From positions 308,794 to 372,793 of the forward strand of contig CAXXWS020000004.1 in NCBI GenBank assembly GCA_963665325.3: a stretch of DNA of 64,000 bases, in the 5' to 3' direction. The notes beneath the pieces were generated by a model, which saw only the letters and a list, made by a program, of their open reading frames with translations, was not told where the DNA came from and did no database searches. The DNA comes from Alphaproteobacteria bacterium (GTDB lineage: Bacteria; Pseudomonadota; Alphaproteobacteria; Bin95). Positions 1-10,544 of this stretch are shown here, in pieces (position 1 is the stretch's first letter; the number at the start of each line of letters is the position of its first letter). The position numbers and the translations under genes were made by a program.

Positions 1-335
1 CCGTTCGTGTCGACCGCGGCAAGGCCGACAAGGTCCGCATGGTAGAACTCTTCCTCGTCCTCCGCCGGAGGCAGCGCCCCCCGGTCGAGGAACAGTTCGA
101 CGCCCTTGAGCGCCTCCGCCCCGTTCCGGTCCCCCACGCCCTTGATGTGCACGAGCGCCACACCCTTCTCGACCCTGATCAGGCGAAGCGCGAAGCGCCG
201 GGCGTCGGCGGCATCCTTGAGCGGCCCGTACTCGGCAATCGCTTCCGGCGCGGCAGTGAAGGTCTTGACCCGCACCGCTCCTCGCAGCCCGTGCGCCCCG
301 GCAATGACGCCGAGGCAGAGGCGGGACGCGTGCAT
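1..335 (-). CDS. rimM: 16S rRNA processing protein RimM (runs off window start)
   Basis: Manual translation MHASRLCLGVIAGAHGLRGAVRVKTFT; directly downstream of rpsP. Confidence 0.9.
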   Translation of the reverse strand, partial: MHASRLCLGVIAGAHGLRGAVRVKTFTAAPEAIAEYGPLKDAADARRFALRLIRVEKGVALVHIKGVGDRNGAEALKGVELFLDRGALPPAEDEEEFYHADLVGLAAVDTN

Positions 336-359
336 CCTTCGGCTCCGTCCTGCCCGGCT

Positions 360-707
360 CTATTCCGCAGCGGCAGCCTCGGCCTTGGCCTTCATGCGCT
401 CCTGCGCCTTGGCCTTGGGCAGATGCTGTTTGGTCTGCTGCGGCAATTCGGGCGGGGCGACGATGCCGGCCGCGCCGAGGAACCGGGCCACGCGCTCCGA
501 TGGCGTCGCGCCTACCGAGAGCCAGTGCCGGATGCGCTCTTCCTTGAGTCGCAGCCGGTCTTCGTGGTCCTTTGGTACCATCGGGTTGTAGAAACCGAGG
601 ATCTCGATGAAACGTCCGTCGCGGGGCGCGGAGCCCTCGGCGACGACGATGCGGTAGAAGGGCCGGCGCTTGGCGCCGCCGCGGGTAAGACGAATCCTGA
701 GTGCCAT
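360..707 (-). CDS. rpsP: 30S ribosomal protein S16
   Basis: [23 protein letters not shown]...PRDGRFIE. Confidence 0.98.
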   Translation of the reverse strand: MALRIRLTRGGAKRRPFYRIVVAEGSAPRDGRFIEILGFYNPMVPKDHEDRLRLKEERIRHWLSVGATPSERVARFLGAAGIVAPPELPQQTKQHLPKAKAQERMKAKAEAAAAE

Positions 708-743
708 GAGCTTTCCGTAGGGTGGGAGAGGGAGTAGTCGGGA

Positions 744-2099
744 TCAGCGCCGGGCGAGCAGGGAATCGAGCCCCCGGCCCGCCAGGCCGCCGCGTTTCTC
801 CAGCTTGCCGACGCGCTTCATCATCGTCTGCATCTGCTGGAATTGCTTGAGCATCCGGTTCACTTCCGGGACCGTGGCGCCGGCCCCGGCCGCGATGCGC
901 CGCTTGCGCGACGCCTTGACGATTTCAGGCCGGGCGCGCTCGCGGGGCGTCATCGAGAGGATGATGGCTTCCTGGCGCACGAGCCAGCGCTCGTCGATCT
1001 TCGCCTTCGCCATCTCGGCCTTCATCCGGCCGACCTGCGGCAGCATTCCCATCAGCCCGTCGAGCCCGCCCATCTTCTTCATCTGGCGAAGCTGTGTCAG
1101 CAGGTCGTTCAGGTCCATGCGGCCGCGGCTGAGGCGCGCGGCCAGCTTCTCGGCCTCTTCCTGCTCGATAGTCTCGGCGGCGCGCTCCACCAGGCCGACC
1201 ACATCGCCCATGCCGAGAATTCGCGACGCGATCCGGTCGGGATGGAAGGCCTCGATGCGGTCGAGCTGCTCGCCTGTGCCGACGAACTTGATCGGCCGGC
1301 CGGTGACATGGCGCATGGAAAGCGCCGCGCCGCCGCGTGCGTCGCCGTCGATCCGGGTCAGCACGATGCCGGTGACGCCGACCTGCTCGTGAAAGGCGGT
1401 GGCGGTGTTCACCGCGTCCTGGCCGGTCATCGCATCGGCGACCAGCAGCGACTCGACCGGTTTTACCAGGTCGCGCAGCGCGGCCGCCTCTTCCATCATT
1501 TCCCGGTCAATGGACAGCCGCCCGGCGGTATCGAGGAATACGATGTCGTAGCCTTCGCGCGCGGCGATGCGCATGGCACGTTTGGCGATAGCCGCCGGCC
1601 GTTCGCCGAATACGATGGGCAGGGTGTCGATCCCCGCCTGCTTGCCGAGCAGTTCGAGCTGCTGCTGGGCCGCGGGGCGATAGACGTCCACCGAGGCCAT
1701 GAGCACCTTCTTGCCGTCGCGGTCGCGCAGGCGGCAGGCGAGCTTGGCGGTGGTTGTCGTCTTGCCCGAGCCCTGCAGGCCCAGCATGAGCATGGCAAGC
1801 GGCGGGTTACCGCCGAGCTTGAGGTCCTCGGCCTCACCGCCCAGCATCTCGACCATCCGGTCGTGGACGATCTTTACGACCTGCTGGCCGGGCGTGACCG
1901 AGCGCAGCACGTCGTGCCCGACGGCCTGTTCCTTGACCGCGTCGAGCAGCGCGCGCACCGCCGGCAGCGCCGCATCGGCTTCCAGCAGGGCCACGCGCAC
2001 TTCCCGCAGCGCCGCCTCGACATCGCCCACGGAGAGCGAGCCGCGCCGGGTAAGGCGCCCGAAAACCTCGCCGAGCCGCTCCGTCAGTCCTTCGAACAT
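744..2099 (-). CDS. ffh: Signal recognition particle protein Ffh
   Basis: MFEGLTERL start, GLQGSGKTTT, DTAGR, Met-rich M domain; ffh-rpsP-rimM synteny. Confidence 0.98.
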   Translation of the reverse strand: MFEGLTERLGEVFGRLTRRGSLSVGDVEAALREVRVALLEADAALPAVRALLDAVKEQAVGHDVLRSVTPGQQVVKIVHDRMVEMLGGEAEDLKLGGNPPLAMLMLGLQGSGKTTTTAKLACRLRDRDGKKVLMASVDVYRPAAQQQLELLGKQAGIDTLPIVFGERPAAIAKRAMRIAAREGYDIVFLDTAGRLSIDREMMEEAAALRDLVKPVESLLVADAMTGQDAVNTATAFHEQVGVTGIVLTRIDGDARGGAALSMRHVTGRPIKFVGTGEQLDRIEAFHPDRIASRILGMGDVVGLVERAAETIEQEEAEKLAARLSRGRMDLNDLLTQLRQMKKMGGLDGLMGMLPQVGRMKAEMAKAKIDERWLVRQEAIILSMTPRERARPEIVKASRKRRIAAGAGATVPEVNRMLKQFQQMQTMMKRVGKLEKRGGLAGRGLDSLLARR

Positions 2100-2261
2100 G
2101 CCTGCCTCATCCTCCCGCCGGTCAAACGCCAAACGCGCCGATGCGCGAATACTCGCGGACCGGCGGACCTCCTCGGAGGCAGAGCGTGCAACGCTGTGGC
2201 GAAACGCGGCGCAACCTAGTCCCGCGCCCGCGCCCCGTCAACGCCCGGTTCCAACTCCGGG

Positions 2262-2783
2262 CTAGGGAACGTGGCGCTTGAGGAGGAACTGGTTCTTGAA
2301 CATGCCGATTCGGGTCATGACCTCGACATGGGCAATGTCGGAGCGGCCGTGGATGTGTTCGTTGAGAAAGGTCTCGAGCTCTGTTTCCTCGTCGCACACG
2401 ACCTCGACCAGCAGGTCGAAACGACCGCTGACCCACATGATGTAAACGACGGCGGAGCAAGGATTGAGGCGCTGCGCCAGCGCACCGGGCGTGATCCCGG
2501 GCGCGGCCTTGATGCCCAGCATCGCGTCCGCCTCGTAGTCGACCGCCACCGGATCGACCACGGCCACGATGCGCAACATGCCGGCCTCGCGCATCCGGGA
2601 AACCCGATTGCGGACCGTCCCACCGGACACGCCCAGTTTCTGCCCGATCTCATCATAGGCCGCGCGGCCGTCGGCCTGCAGCAGGCGGATGATCTGCCGG
2701 TTGAGATCATCGCTCGGAGAGGACAGCAGCGGGATATCCCCGGCGATGGCGGCAGGTTGATGCTGGGTCGTGGCTTGAGGCAT
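2262..2783 (-). CDS. Lrp/AsnC family transcriptional regulator
   Basis: DDLNRQIIRLLQADGR HTH, VSGRFDL; divergent from the GS-like gene. Confidence 0.9.
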   Translation of the reverse strand: MPQATTQHQPAAIAGDIPLLSSPSDDLNRQIIRLLQADGRAAYDEIGQKLGVSGGTVRNRVSRMREAGMLRIVAVVDPVAVDYEADAMLGIKAAPGITPGALAQRLNPCSAVVYIMWVSGRFDLLVEVVCDEETELETFLNEHIHGRSDIAHVEVMTRIGMFKNQFLLKRHVP

Positions 2784-2934
2784 GAACTCATTTTACCGAT
2801 TTCTAAGTCGGAATTCCATATATTTTGAAATACGCAAATTATTCTGCCAAATTTGGATTAAGAATGATAGAATAACAATTACATGCAGGAACACTATCGA
2901 AAATCAATTTCGGCGAAGCAAGGAGACGCGACCG

Positions 2935-4353
2935 ATGACACCGACACCGAACGATATGGCCGGGGCGTTGCCCGATATCGAGCGTGTCCGCGAGGCGCGG
3001 GCGAGGCTTGCCGAGTCAGGAGTCCGTTACGTGTTCTCCTGCTGGATCGACCTGTTCGGGATGCCGAAGACGAAACCGGTGCCGCTCAGCGATTTCGAGA
3101 ACCTGTGCATGGGCAAGGGTCCACAGTTCGCCGTGCATTCCATCTCGTTCGTGCCCGAACTGTCGCCGGCCGACTCCGACCAGATCCCGGTTCCCGATCT
3201 CGACACCCTGGTCATATGTCCCTGGGACCGCAGCTGCGCGTGGATGTTTGCGGATCTCTGGTGGGAGGACGCGCCTTACAAGCTGTGTCCCCGCCACGCG
3301 CTCAAGCGCACCGTCGCGGATGTCGCGGACAAGGGCTTCGCAGGCTTCGCAGGCATCGAGCCGGAGTTCATCGCCATGCGCTGGCGCGATGGCCGGCCCG
3401 TCAAGGCGTTCGACGACGACCCGCCTGTCGGCGAGGGGATGCGCCCGCGGCGGCAGGCGTTCGGTTACGACGTCGATTTCTCCACCGATTCGATGGGATT
3501 CCTCGGTGAACTCATCGACATCCTCGGGGAACTGGGCTGGGGGCTGAAGGATGTGGTCGCCGAGGGCGGATATTCGCAGTTCGAGCTCGATTTCAGTTAC
3601 ACCGACGTCCTGCAGATGGCGGACCGGCTGGTGTTTCTGCGCGTGCTGCTGAAGCAGGTCGCCAAGAAGCAGGGCATGTTCATCACCTTCATGCCCAAGC
3701 CCACCATCGGCGACTGGCGTTCGGGCGCGCACATCAACTACTCGATGCAGCGCGCCGATGCCCCTGGCGAGAACCTCTTCGAGGCTCCCGGAGGCGGCTG
3801 GAGCGACGTTGCCTACAACGCCGTCGGGGGCCTGCTTCGGCACGGCGGTGCGCTCACCGCCATCGCCTGCTCGACGGTCAACTCCTACAACGGGCTGGTG
3901 CCCCGGGTCGGCGGGTTCGAGGGCGGCACCGTGACCTGGGCCCCCACGCACATGACCTATGGCGACAACAACCGCTCATGCATGCTGCGCCTGCCCCAGA
4001 ACCGGTTCTGCATCGAGAACCGCGCCGCCGACATGTGCATGAACCCGTACCTGTCGCTGGCGTTGACGACCGCGGCAGCAGTTGCCGGAGCGGTCGAAGG
4101 CATCGACCCCGGACCGCCGTTGAACAAGGACCTCTATGGGCTTTCGGACGAGGAAATCGGCGCCGCCGGCGGCGAGCGCCTGCCGAGAAACCTGCTCGAG
4201 GCTACCGAAATCCTGAGGCGCGACCCGCTGGCGGCCGAAGTGCTGGGCCCGTCGATGCTGGATTCCTGGCTGCGCTACAAGACCGACGAGTGGGAGCGCT
4301 ACCACCAGGCGGTGACCGACTGGGAGGTCGAGGAGTATCTGCGGCTCTACTAA
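2935..4353 (+). CDS. Glutamine synthetase-family gamma-glutamyl ligase (GlnT/GmaS-like)
   Basis: GIEPEF, TFMPKP, SGAHIN, NSYNGL, IENR..D...NPYL; AGGAG RBS before ATG 2935. Confidence 0.88.
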   Translation: MTPTPNDMAGALPDIERVREARARLAESGVRYVFSCWIDLFGMPKTKPVPLSDFENLCMGKGPQFAVHSISFVPELSPADSDQIPVPDLDTLVICPWDRSCAWMFADLWWEDAPYKLCPRHALKRTVADVADKGFAGFAGIEPEFIAMRWRDGRPVKAFDDDPPVGEGMRPRRQAFGYDVDFSTDSMGFLGELIDILGELGWGLKDVVAEGGYSQFELDFSYTDVLQMADRLVFLRVLLKQVAKKQGMFITFMPKPTIGDWRSGAHINYSMQRADAPGENLFEAPGGGWSDVAYNAVGGLLRHGGALTAIACSTVNSYNGLVPRVGGFEGGTVTWAPTHMTYGDNNRSCMLRLPQNRFCIENRAADMCMNPYLSLALTTAAAVAGAVEGIDPGPPLNKDLYGLSDEEIGAAGGERLPRNLLEATEILRRDPLAAEVLGPSMLDSWLRYKTDEWERYHQAVTDWEVEEYLRLY

Positions 4354-4374
4354 GCGAAGCGTGCGCAAGGGCGA

Positions 4375-5409
4375 ATGCGGAGTTGTATCGAAGTGGCGGC
4401 AGGTCAAGATAGTTTCGACCTCGGGGAGGTGGCGCTCCAGTCGGGCGCCGTGCTGCCGAACGCCCGCCTGGCTTACAAGACCTGGGGCTCGCTCAATGCG
4501 GAGGGCGACAATGCGATCCTCATGCCCACCTTCTACACGGGCACGCATGTCCGCAACGAAGCCTATATCCAGAGGGTGCCGTCCCTCGATCCGTCGCGTT
4601 TTTTCATCGTCTCCATCGACATGTTCGGCAACGGACTGTCATCCTCGCCGAGCAATATGCCGCCGCCGTTCGACGGCCCGCGGTTCCCCGCCGTCACGCT
4701 CTACGACAATGTCCGCTGCCAGCACCGGCTGCTCACCGAAGTCCTCGGCGTAAAACGCCTTGCCCTCGTGCTCGGATGGTCCATGGCGGGCTGTCAGTCC
4801 TATCAATGGGGCGCGCAGTTTCCGGACATGGTCGCCGCCATCCTGCCCTTCTGCGCCTCGGCGCGGACTTCGGCGCACAACAATGTGTTTCTCGAGGGGG
4901 TGAAGGCGGCGCTCCTGGCCGACAGCGCGTTTGCCGGCGGCGACTACCGGGCGCCGCCCGAGGCCGGGCTCCGGGCGTTCGGGCGGGTCTATGCGGGTTG
5001 GGCATTCTCGCAGACCTTCTATCGCGAGCGATTGCACCGCGAACTCGGCTTCGAGACCTGGGAGGAACTGCTGCTCGACTGGGAACGCGACCATCTCGAG
5101 TGGGACGCGAACGACCTGCTGGCCAAGCTCCGGACCTGGCAGCTCGGCGACATCGGCGCCAACGAGCATTATCGCGGCGACTTCAAACGCGCGCTGGGCG
5201 CTATACGGGCCCACGCGATCCTCGTTCCCTGCACCACGGACCTCTATTTTCCGCCCGAAGACAACGCCATCGAAGCCCGGCACATGCCGAATGCCGAGCT
5301 TCGGCCCTACGCCTCCGACTGGGGCCACTGCGCCGCCACGCCGAGCCGCAAGGACGGCAGCTTCATGCGTTTTCTGGACGGCTGCGTATCGGAGCTATTG
5401 TCCCGCTGA
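4375..5409 (+). CDS. Alpha/beta hydrolase, homoserine acetyltransferase-like
   Basis: GNGLSSSPSN, GWSMAG nucleophile elbow, DLYFPP, WGH. Confidence 0.85.
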   Translation: MRSCIEVAAGQDSFDLGEVALQSGAVLPNARLAYKTWGSLNAEGDNAILMPTFYTGTHVRNEAYIQRVPSLDPSRFFIVSIDMFGNGLSSSPSNMPPPFDGPRFPAVTLYDNVRCQHRLLTEVLGVKRLALVLGWSMAGCQSYQWGAQFPDMVAAILPFCASARTSAHNNVFLEGVKAALLADSAFAGGDYRAPPEAGLRAFGRVYAGWAFSQTFYRERLHRELGFETWEELLLDWERDHLEWDANDLLAKLRTWQLGDIGANEHYRGDFKRALGAIRAHAILVPCTTDLYFPPEDNAIEARHMPNAELRPYASDWGHCAATPSRKDGSFMRFLDGCVSELLSR

Positions 5410-5454
5410 TACCAACGGTCGTGGATCGGAATCGGGGCAAGATTCAAGAAATTG

Positions 5455-5908
5455 CGGTAATAATTCCCAGAATCTTTAGATCCGAAAAATTCCATGCTAG
5501 AATGATACAGAAGGAAGCGGCATCCGGAGGCCGCTCCGCCTTCCGCGTCGGCGCCGACGCGGAAAAATCCCCTTGGAACCCACGGGAGACGTGCGCCTTG
5601 CGTTTGCTTTGCGCGCGCAGGCGCAATCAGGCGCGCGAACCGCGCCGGCGCCAACGGGCGCCCGCGCTCGCGCGCGATACGCGCGACTTAGGGTTCCGCC
5701 GCAGCGGGGCCGGCGGAAGGAAGACCGGAACGAAAGAGAACAAAATGGGATGAGGATACGACGGGCCGGATGCAGACAGACGCAAGAGTCGCGGTGGCCC
5801 GGCGACGAACGAGGTGAGGGCAGCCTTATGCCGGAAAACGCCGCGGCACATGCGCCCTGTGCATGCGGGTGGACATGACAAAACATGACACATCATGACA
5901 TCTCGCTG
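5455..5908 (+). repeat. Dispersed structured intergenic element, copy A
   Basis: Homologous to the reverse complement of 22622-23145; identical 32-nt core 5620-5651; CATGACA x3 at 10-bp spacing (5874-5900). Confidence 0.8.
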
Positions 5909-6023
5909 GAGTGGGCCCCAGACCGGCCGCCGGTTTGGGGGCGCGGCATCCCGAACAACGGCTGCAATACCGGCGGAAAATCCGGGTCTATACTCCGGCG
6001 GTTTCCCAATCCTTGGAGTTTCC

Positions 6024-7043
6024 ATGCAAGACGCCGTGCTCGATGTCCTGGCCGTCGGCAACGCCATGCTGGACGTGCTGGTCCATGTGGACGATGCCTG
6101 GCTGGCCGAAAACGGTATCGATAAGGGAATCATGACCCTGATCGACGAGCCGCAGGCAGCCATGCTTCACGCGAAGGTCGAGCCCGCGGCCGAGGCGTCG
6201 GGCGGTTCGGCGGGCAACACCGCCGCGGGCCTCGCCTCCCTCGGGGCCCGGACCGGTTATATCGGCCGGGTGCGCAACGACGATGCAGGTGACGCCTTCC
6301 GCCGGGATATCCGCGAGGCAGGCGTGCGGTTCGACACACCATCGGCGACGACCGGCGCCGCTACCGGTCGCTGTCTTGTCTTCGTCACGCCCGACGCGGA
6401 GCGCAGCATGCTCACCATGCTCGGAGCCGCTGCGGAGATCGAACCGGCCGACATCGACGAGGCGGCGGCGGCCGCGGCGGCCGTCACCTATCTGGAAGGC
6501 TATCTGTGGGATGCGCCCGCGGCCAAGGCGGCGATGGTGAAGCTCGCGGACGCCGCCCGCGCCGCCGGGCGCAAGGTTGCGCTCACCCTGTCCGACCCGT
6601 TTTGCGTGGCGAGGCACCGGGAGACCTTCCTCGAACTGATCGCCGAACGGGTGGACGTGCTTTTCGCGAACGAGGAGGAGATCGTTTCTCTCACCAGGGC
6701 GACCGACCTCCGGGAAGCCGCCGGGGCGGTTGCCGGGATGGTCGAGACGGCGGCGCTCACCCGCAGCGCAGAGGGCTCGCTGGTCGTGTCCGGCGGCGAG
6801 CTGCATGAGGTGCCGGCGGCCCGGTTCGCCGCGCTTACGGATACCACCGGGGCGGGCGATCTCTACGCCGCCGGCTTCCTGCACGCCTATACCAGGCTCC
6901 TCCCGCTTGCGGAGTGCGCATGGCTGGGTGGGCTCGCCGCCGCCCGGATCATCCAGCAGATGGGAGCGCGGCCCATCGGTTCGCTTGCCGGCCTGCCTGC
7001 CGATGCTTCGGCTGGCATCGGGAACCCATGCGCGGCCGCGTAA
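6024..7043 (+). CDS. PfkB family carbohydrate/adenosine kinase
   Basis: GGSAGNTA, FANEEE, DTTGAGDLYAAGFL. Confidence 0.92.
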   Translation: MQDAVLDVLAVGNAMLDVLVHVDDAWLAENGIDKGIMTLIDEPQAAMLHAKVEPAAEASGGSAGNTAAGLASLGARTGYIGRVRNDDAGDAFRRDIREAGVRFDTPSATTGAATGRCLVFVTPDAERSMLTMLGAAAEIEPADIDEAAAAAAAVTYLEGYLWDAPAAKAAMVKLADAARAAGRKVALTLSDPFCVARHRETFLELIAERVDVLFANEEEIVSLTRATDLREAAGAVAGMVETAALTRSAEGSLVVSGGELHEVPAARFAALTDTTGAGDLYAAGFLHAYTRLLPLAECAWLGGLAAARIIQQMGARPIGSLAGLPADASAGIGNPCAAA

Positions 7044-8692
7044 TACAGCAGCTCCGGCTGTGGAGCGGCGTCGTCCTGTTCGCCTATGTCACCGGCCACC
7101 TGCTGAACCATACATTCGGCCTCGCCTCGGTGGAGGCAATGGAGGCCGGGCGGCGCGTCTTTTCCGCCGTCTGGCGCAGCCCGCCCGGCACGGTGCTGCT
7201 CGTCGGAAGCTTCGCCGTCCACGGCGCGCTCTCGATAGCGCGCCTCTTCCGCAAGCGCGACCTGAGGATGCCGGTCTGGGAGGCGGCGCAGCAGCTTCTG
7301 GGCCTCGCAATCCCCTTCCTGCTCTGCCTGCACATGCTGGGCACGCTCGGGCTCTCGCTGCAGTTCGGCATGGACCCGAGCTATCCCTTCGTCCTCTGGG
7401 CGACCTGGAGCGACCCTCTGCAACAGATCGCGCTAATGGCTGCCGCCTGGACGCATGGGTGTATCGGCATGCACTTCTGGCTGAGGCTCCAGCCTTGGTA
7501 CCGAAGCTGCCTGCCGGTCTTCTTCGCGGCGGCGCTGCTGTTGCCGGCGCTCGCGCTCGCGGGCTTTGCGGTCGGCGGGCGGGACGTGCTGGCGCTGGCG
7601 GCAGCCGATGCGGGCTGGGTCGGCGCCATGCTGGAGCAGATCCGCTTCCCCGGACGCGCGGGCGTCGAGTGGGTTCAGGGCATCGAGGCGCGGATGAGCG
7701 CCATGACCGGCATGGCGATAGCTGCGCTGATCGCCTGGCGGCTGGTACGCGCGCTTCGGGCGCGGCGGCAGCGGCCGGTCCGCATCACCTATCCCGACGG
7801 GCGCATGGTGCGCGCCGAGCCCGGCGCCACGCTGCTGGAGGTGAGCCGCGCCGCCGGCATTCCCCATGCTTCGGTCTGCGGCGGCAGGGGGCGGTGTTCC
7901 ACCTGCCGGGTGCATGTATCGCACGGATTCGACACGCTGCCGCCGGCGGATGAAGGCGAGCGCGCGCTGTTGACCCGCATAGGCGCGCCGGCGCGCGTTC
8001 GGCTCGCCTGCCGGACGGTCCCCGCCGGCGATGTGACGCTGACCCCCCTTCTCCCGGCAACGGCCGGGCCCGTCGAGGCGCGGGCGCGGACGAGCAGCCA
8101 GCAGGGCGCCGAACGCGAGATCGCCATCCTGTTCGCCGACCTGCGTGCCTTCACGAAACTGTCCGAAGACAAGCTGCCCTATGACGTGGTGTTCCTGCTG
8201 AACCGCTATTTCCTCGCCATGGGCCGCGCGGTCGAGGAGGCGGGCGGCCATGTGGACAAGTTCATCGGCGACGGGGTGATGGCGCTGTTCGGCATCGACG
8301 GCGAGCCCCGCGAGGGCTGCCGGAGCGCGCTGGAGGCGGTGCGCGCCATGGCGGCGGCGCTCGGCGATCTCAACGCCGCGCTCGGCGAGGAGCTTGCCGA
8401 GCCATTGCGCATCGGGGTCGGCCTCCATGCCGGACCGGTAATCGTGGGCGAGATGGGATACAGCCGCGCCACCTCGGTCACCGCCATCGGCGATGCCGTC
8501 AATGTCGCGAGCCGGCTGGAGCCGATGACCAAGGAATTCGCCTGCCAGGCCGTGATCTCGCAGCGGGTCGTACGCCTCGCCGGGGCCGATTTCTCGGATT
8601 TTCCGTCCCGGCTGGTCGATATCCGCGGACGCGAGCGCCCGCTCAGCGTCTATGCCGTGGTCGACGGCGGCGACATCCCCCTGCCGGCTTGA
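7028..8692 (+). CDS. Membrane adenylate/guanylate cyclase with 2Fe-2S ferredoxin domain (CyaC-like)
   Basis: His-containing TM helices, CGGRGRCSTC, FADLRAFT, DKFIGDGVMA, GDAVNVASRLE. Confidence 0.92.
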   Translation: MRGRVIQQLRLWSGVVLFAYVTGHLLNHTFGLASVEAMEAGRRVFSAVWRSPPGTVLLVGSFAVHGALSIARLFRKRDLRMPVWEAAQQLLGLAIPFLLCLHMLGTLGLSLQFGMDPSYPFVLWATWSDPLQQIALMAAAWTHGCIGMHFWLRLQPWYRSCLPVFFAAALLLPALALAGFAVGGRDVLALAAADAGWVGAMLEQIRFPGRAGVEWVQGIEARMSAMTGMAIAALIAWRLVRALRARRQRPVRITYPDGRMVRAEPGATLLEVSRAAGIPHASVCGGRGRCSTCRVHVSHGFDTLPPADEGERALLTRIGAPARVRLACRTVPAGDVTLTPLLPATAGPVEARARTSSQQGAEREIAILFADLRAFTKLSEDKLPYDVVFLLNRYFLAMGRAVEEAGGHVDKFIGDGVMALFGIDGEPREGCRSALEAVRAMAAALGDLNAALGEELAEPLRIGVGLHAGPVIVGEMGYSRATSVTAIGDAVNVASRLEPMTKEFACQAVISQRVVRLAGADFSDFPSRLVDIRGRERPLSVYAVVDGGDIPLPA

Positions 8693-8706
8693 GGAGAAGC
8701 GCCGGC

Positions 8707-10053
8707 ATGAAAACGCAGCCTCCCGGTCTCGGGGGCAACCGGCTGCGCCGCGCGGCGGCGGCGTTCCGGAGCCGGCGCGTCGCCATGATGTTGGCGCTCG
8801 GCTTCTCCAGCGGGCTGCCGCTGATGCTGACCGTCGATGTGATGAGCGCGCGGCTCTACGAGTCGGGTGTGGACCTGACCAGCATCGGCCTGTTCTCGCT
8901 CGTCACGGCGATCTATGGCCTGAAATTCCTTTGGGCGCCGTTTATCGACCGGCTCCGGCTGCCCTGGCTGACGCGCCGGTTCGGCCGGCGCCGGGGCTGG
9001 ATGCTGGCCACCCATTTCGTCTGCATGGCGGCAATCGTGGGCCTCGGGCTCTCCGATCCGGCCGCCGACCTCGCGGCGGTTGCCCTGTTCGGCTGCCTGG
9101 TGGCGTTCGTGTCCGCGAGCCAGGACGTCGTCATCGACGCCTACCGCATCGAAATACTGGACGAGGGCCAGTACGGCCCCGGCGCAGCTTTCTTCGTCCA
9201 GGGTTTCCGCATCGGCATGTATGTTTCCGCAGCCGGCGGTCTTGTGCTCGCGGAGGCGTTCGGCTGGGCCGGCGCGCACGCCGTCATGGCCGCGTTGCTG
9301 CTTGTCGGCGTCACCGTCACGCTGTTCGCGCCGGAGCCTGCCCGCGCCTCGGACCCGGAGGCCGATGCGCAGGAGCGCCGGCTCGCCGGTAGGGCGGCAG
9401 CCTGGGGCGGGGCCGCTGCCGCCCGGTTCGCGAGCGCCGTGCTTGCGCCGCTCGCCGAGTTCGCTGCCCGGCCCGGATGGGGCGCCGTGCTGGCGTTCAT
9501 CCTGCTCTATAAGCTCGGCGACGCCGCGCTCGGCGCCATGGCAATCCCGTTCTATGTCGAGCTCGGCTTCTCCAAGTCGGAGATCGCAGCGGCGGTCAAG
9601 ACCGGCGGCTTCATCGCGTCGCTTGCGGGCATTCTCGCCGGCGGCCTCGCGGTGCATGGGCTGGGCCTGCTGCCGAGCCTGCTCGTGGCGGGCATCCTGC
9701 AGGCGCTCTCCAATCTCCTCTTCATCCCGCTAAACGAGGCGGGGAACGACATTGTCTGGCTCGCCGGGGTGGCGGCGCTGGAGGGATTCACCGCCGGGCT
9801 CGGCACTACGGCCTTCCTCGCTTACCTGATGAGCCTCTGCAACATCTCCTACACGATGATGCAATTTGCGCTGCTCTCCTCGCTCATGGCGTCGGCCCGG
9901 ATCATGCTCTCGGCGCCGTCGGGCTGGATCGTGGACAGCCTGGACGGAGACTGGAACGCGTTCTTCGTGCTGACGGTGCTCGCCTGCCTGCCGGGCCTGC
10001 TGCTGCTGCGCCCGCTCTGGAACCGGCAGAAACGAGGGGAGGTTCCGCCATGA
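8707..10053 (+). CDS. ampG: AmpG family muropeptide MFS permease
   Basis: [30 protein letters not shown]. Confidence 0.9.
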   Translation: MKTQPPGLGGNRLRRAAAAFRSRRVAMMLALGFSSGLPLMLTVDVMSARLYESGVDLTSIGLFSLVTAIYGLKFLWAPFIDRLRLPWLTRRFGRRRGWMLATHFVCMAAIVGLGLSDPAADLAAVALFGCLVAFVSASQDVVIDAYRIEILDEGQYGPGAAFFVQGFRIGMYVSAAGGLVLAEAFGWAGAHAVMAALLLVGVTVTLFAPEPARASDPEADAQERRLAGRAAAWGGAAAARFASAVLAPLAEFAARPGWGAVLAFILLYKLGDAALGAMAIPFYVELGFSKSEIAAAVKTGGFIASLAGILAGGLAVHGLGLLPSLLVAGILQALSNLLFIPLNEAGNDIVWLAGVAALEGFTAGLGTTAFLAYLMSLCNISYTMMQFALLSSLMASARIMLSAPSGWIVDSLDGDWNAFFVLTVLACLPGLLLLRPLWNRQKRGEVPP

Positions 10054-10538
10054 TCGAGCTCTTCCGCGGAGACATCACGACGCTTGAGGTGGACGCTATC
10101 GTCAACGCCGCCAAGGAAAGCCTGCTCGGCGGCGGCGGGGTGGACGGGGCCATCCACCGGGCTGCCGGCCCCGAACTGCTGGCCGAATGCCGCACACTCG
10201 GCGGCTGCCCGACCGGCGAGGCGCGCATCACCGCCGGCTACCGGCTGCCGGCGCGCCATGTCATCCACACGGTCGGTCCTGTCTGGCGCGGCGCCGGCGA
10301 CGAAGACGCGCTGCTTGCCGCCTGCTACCGCAATTGCTTCGCGCTCGCGCGGGAGCATGGCCTCGGCTCCATCGCCTTCCCGGCAATCTCCACGGGCGTC
10401 TACGGCTTCCCGCCGGACCGCGCGGCCCGCATTGCCGTTGCCGGCGCGCGGGCCCACGGCGCCGGCTTCGCGCGCATCGTCTTCACCTGTTTCGACCCCG
10501 CTACGGAAGCGCTCTACCGCGAGGAGCTGTGCGCCTGA
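10050..10538 (+). CDS. Macro domain O-acetyl-ADP-ribose deacetylase (YmdB-like)
   Basis: [28 protein letters not shown]. Confidence 0.93.
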   Translation: MIELFRGDITTLEVDAIVNAAKESLLGGGGVDGAIHRAAGPELLAECRTLGGCPTGEARITAGYRLPARHVIHTVGPVWRGAGDEDALLAACYRNCFALAREHGLGSIAFPAISTGVYGFPPDRAARIAVAGARAHGAGFARIVFTCFDPATEALYREELCA

Positions 10539-10544
10539 ATGGCT

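Noticed and set aside
7028-8692. Ferredoxin-fused adenylate cyclase as a novelty
   Set aside because: The architecture is already described (rhizobial CyaC type).
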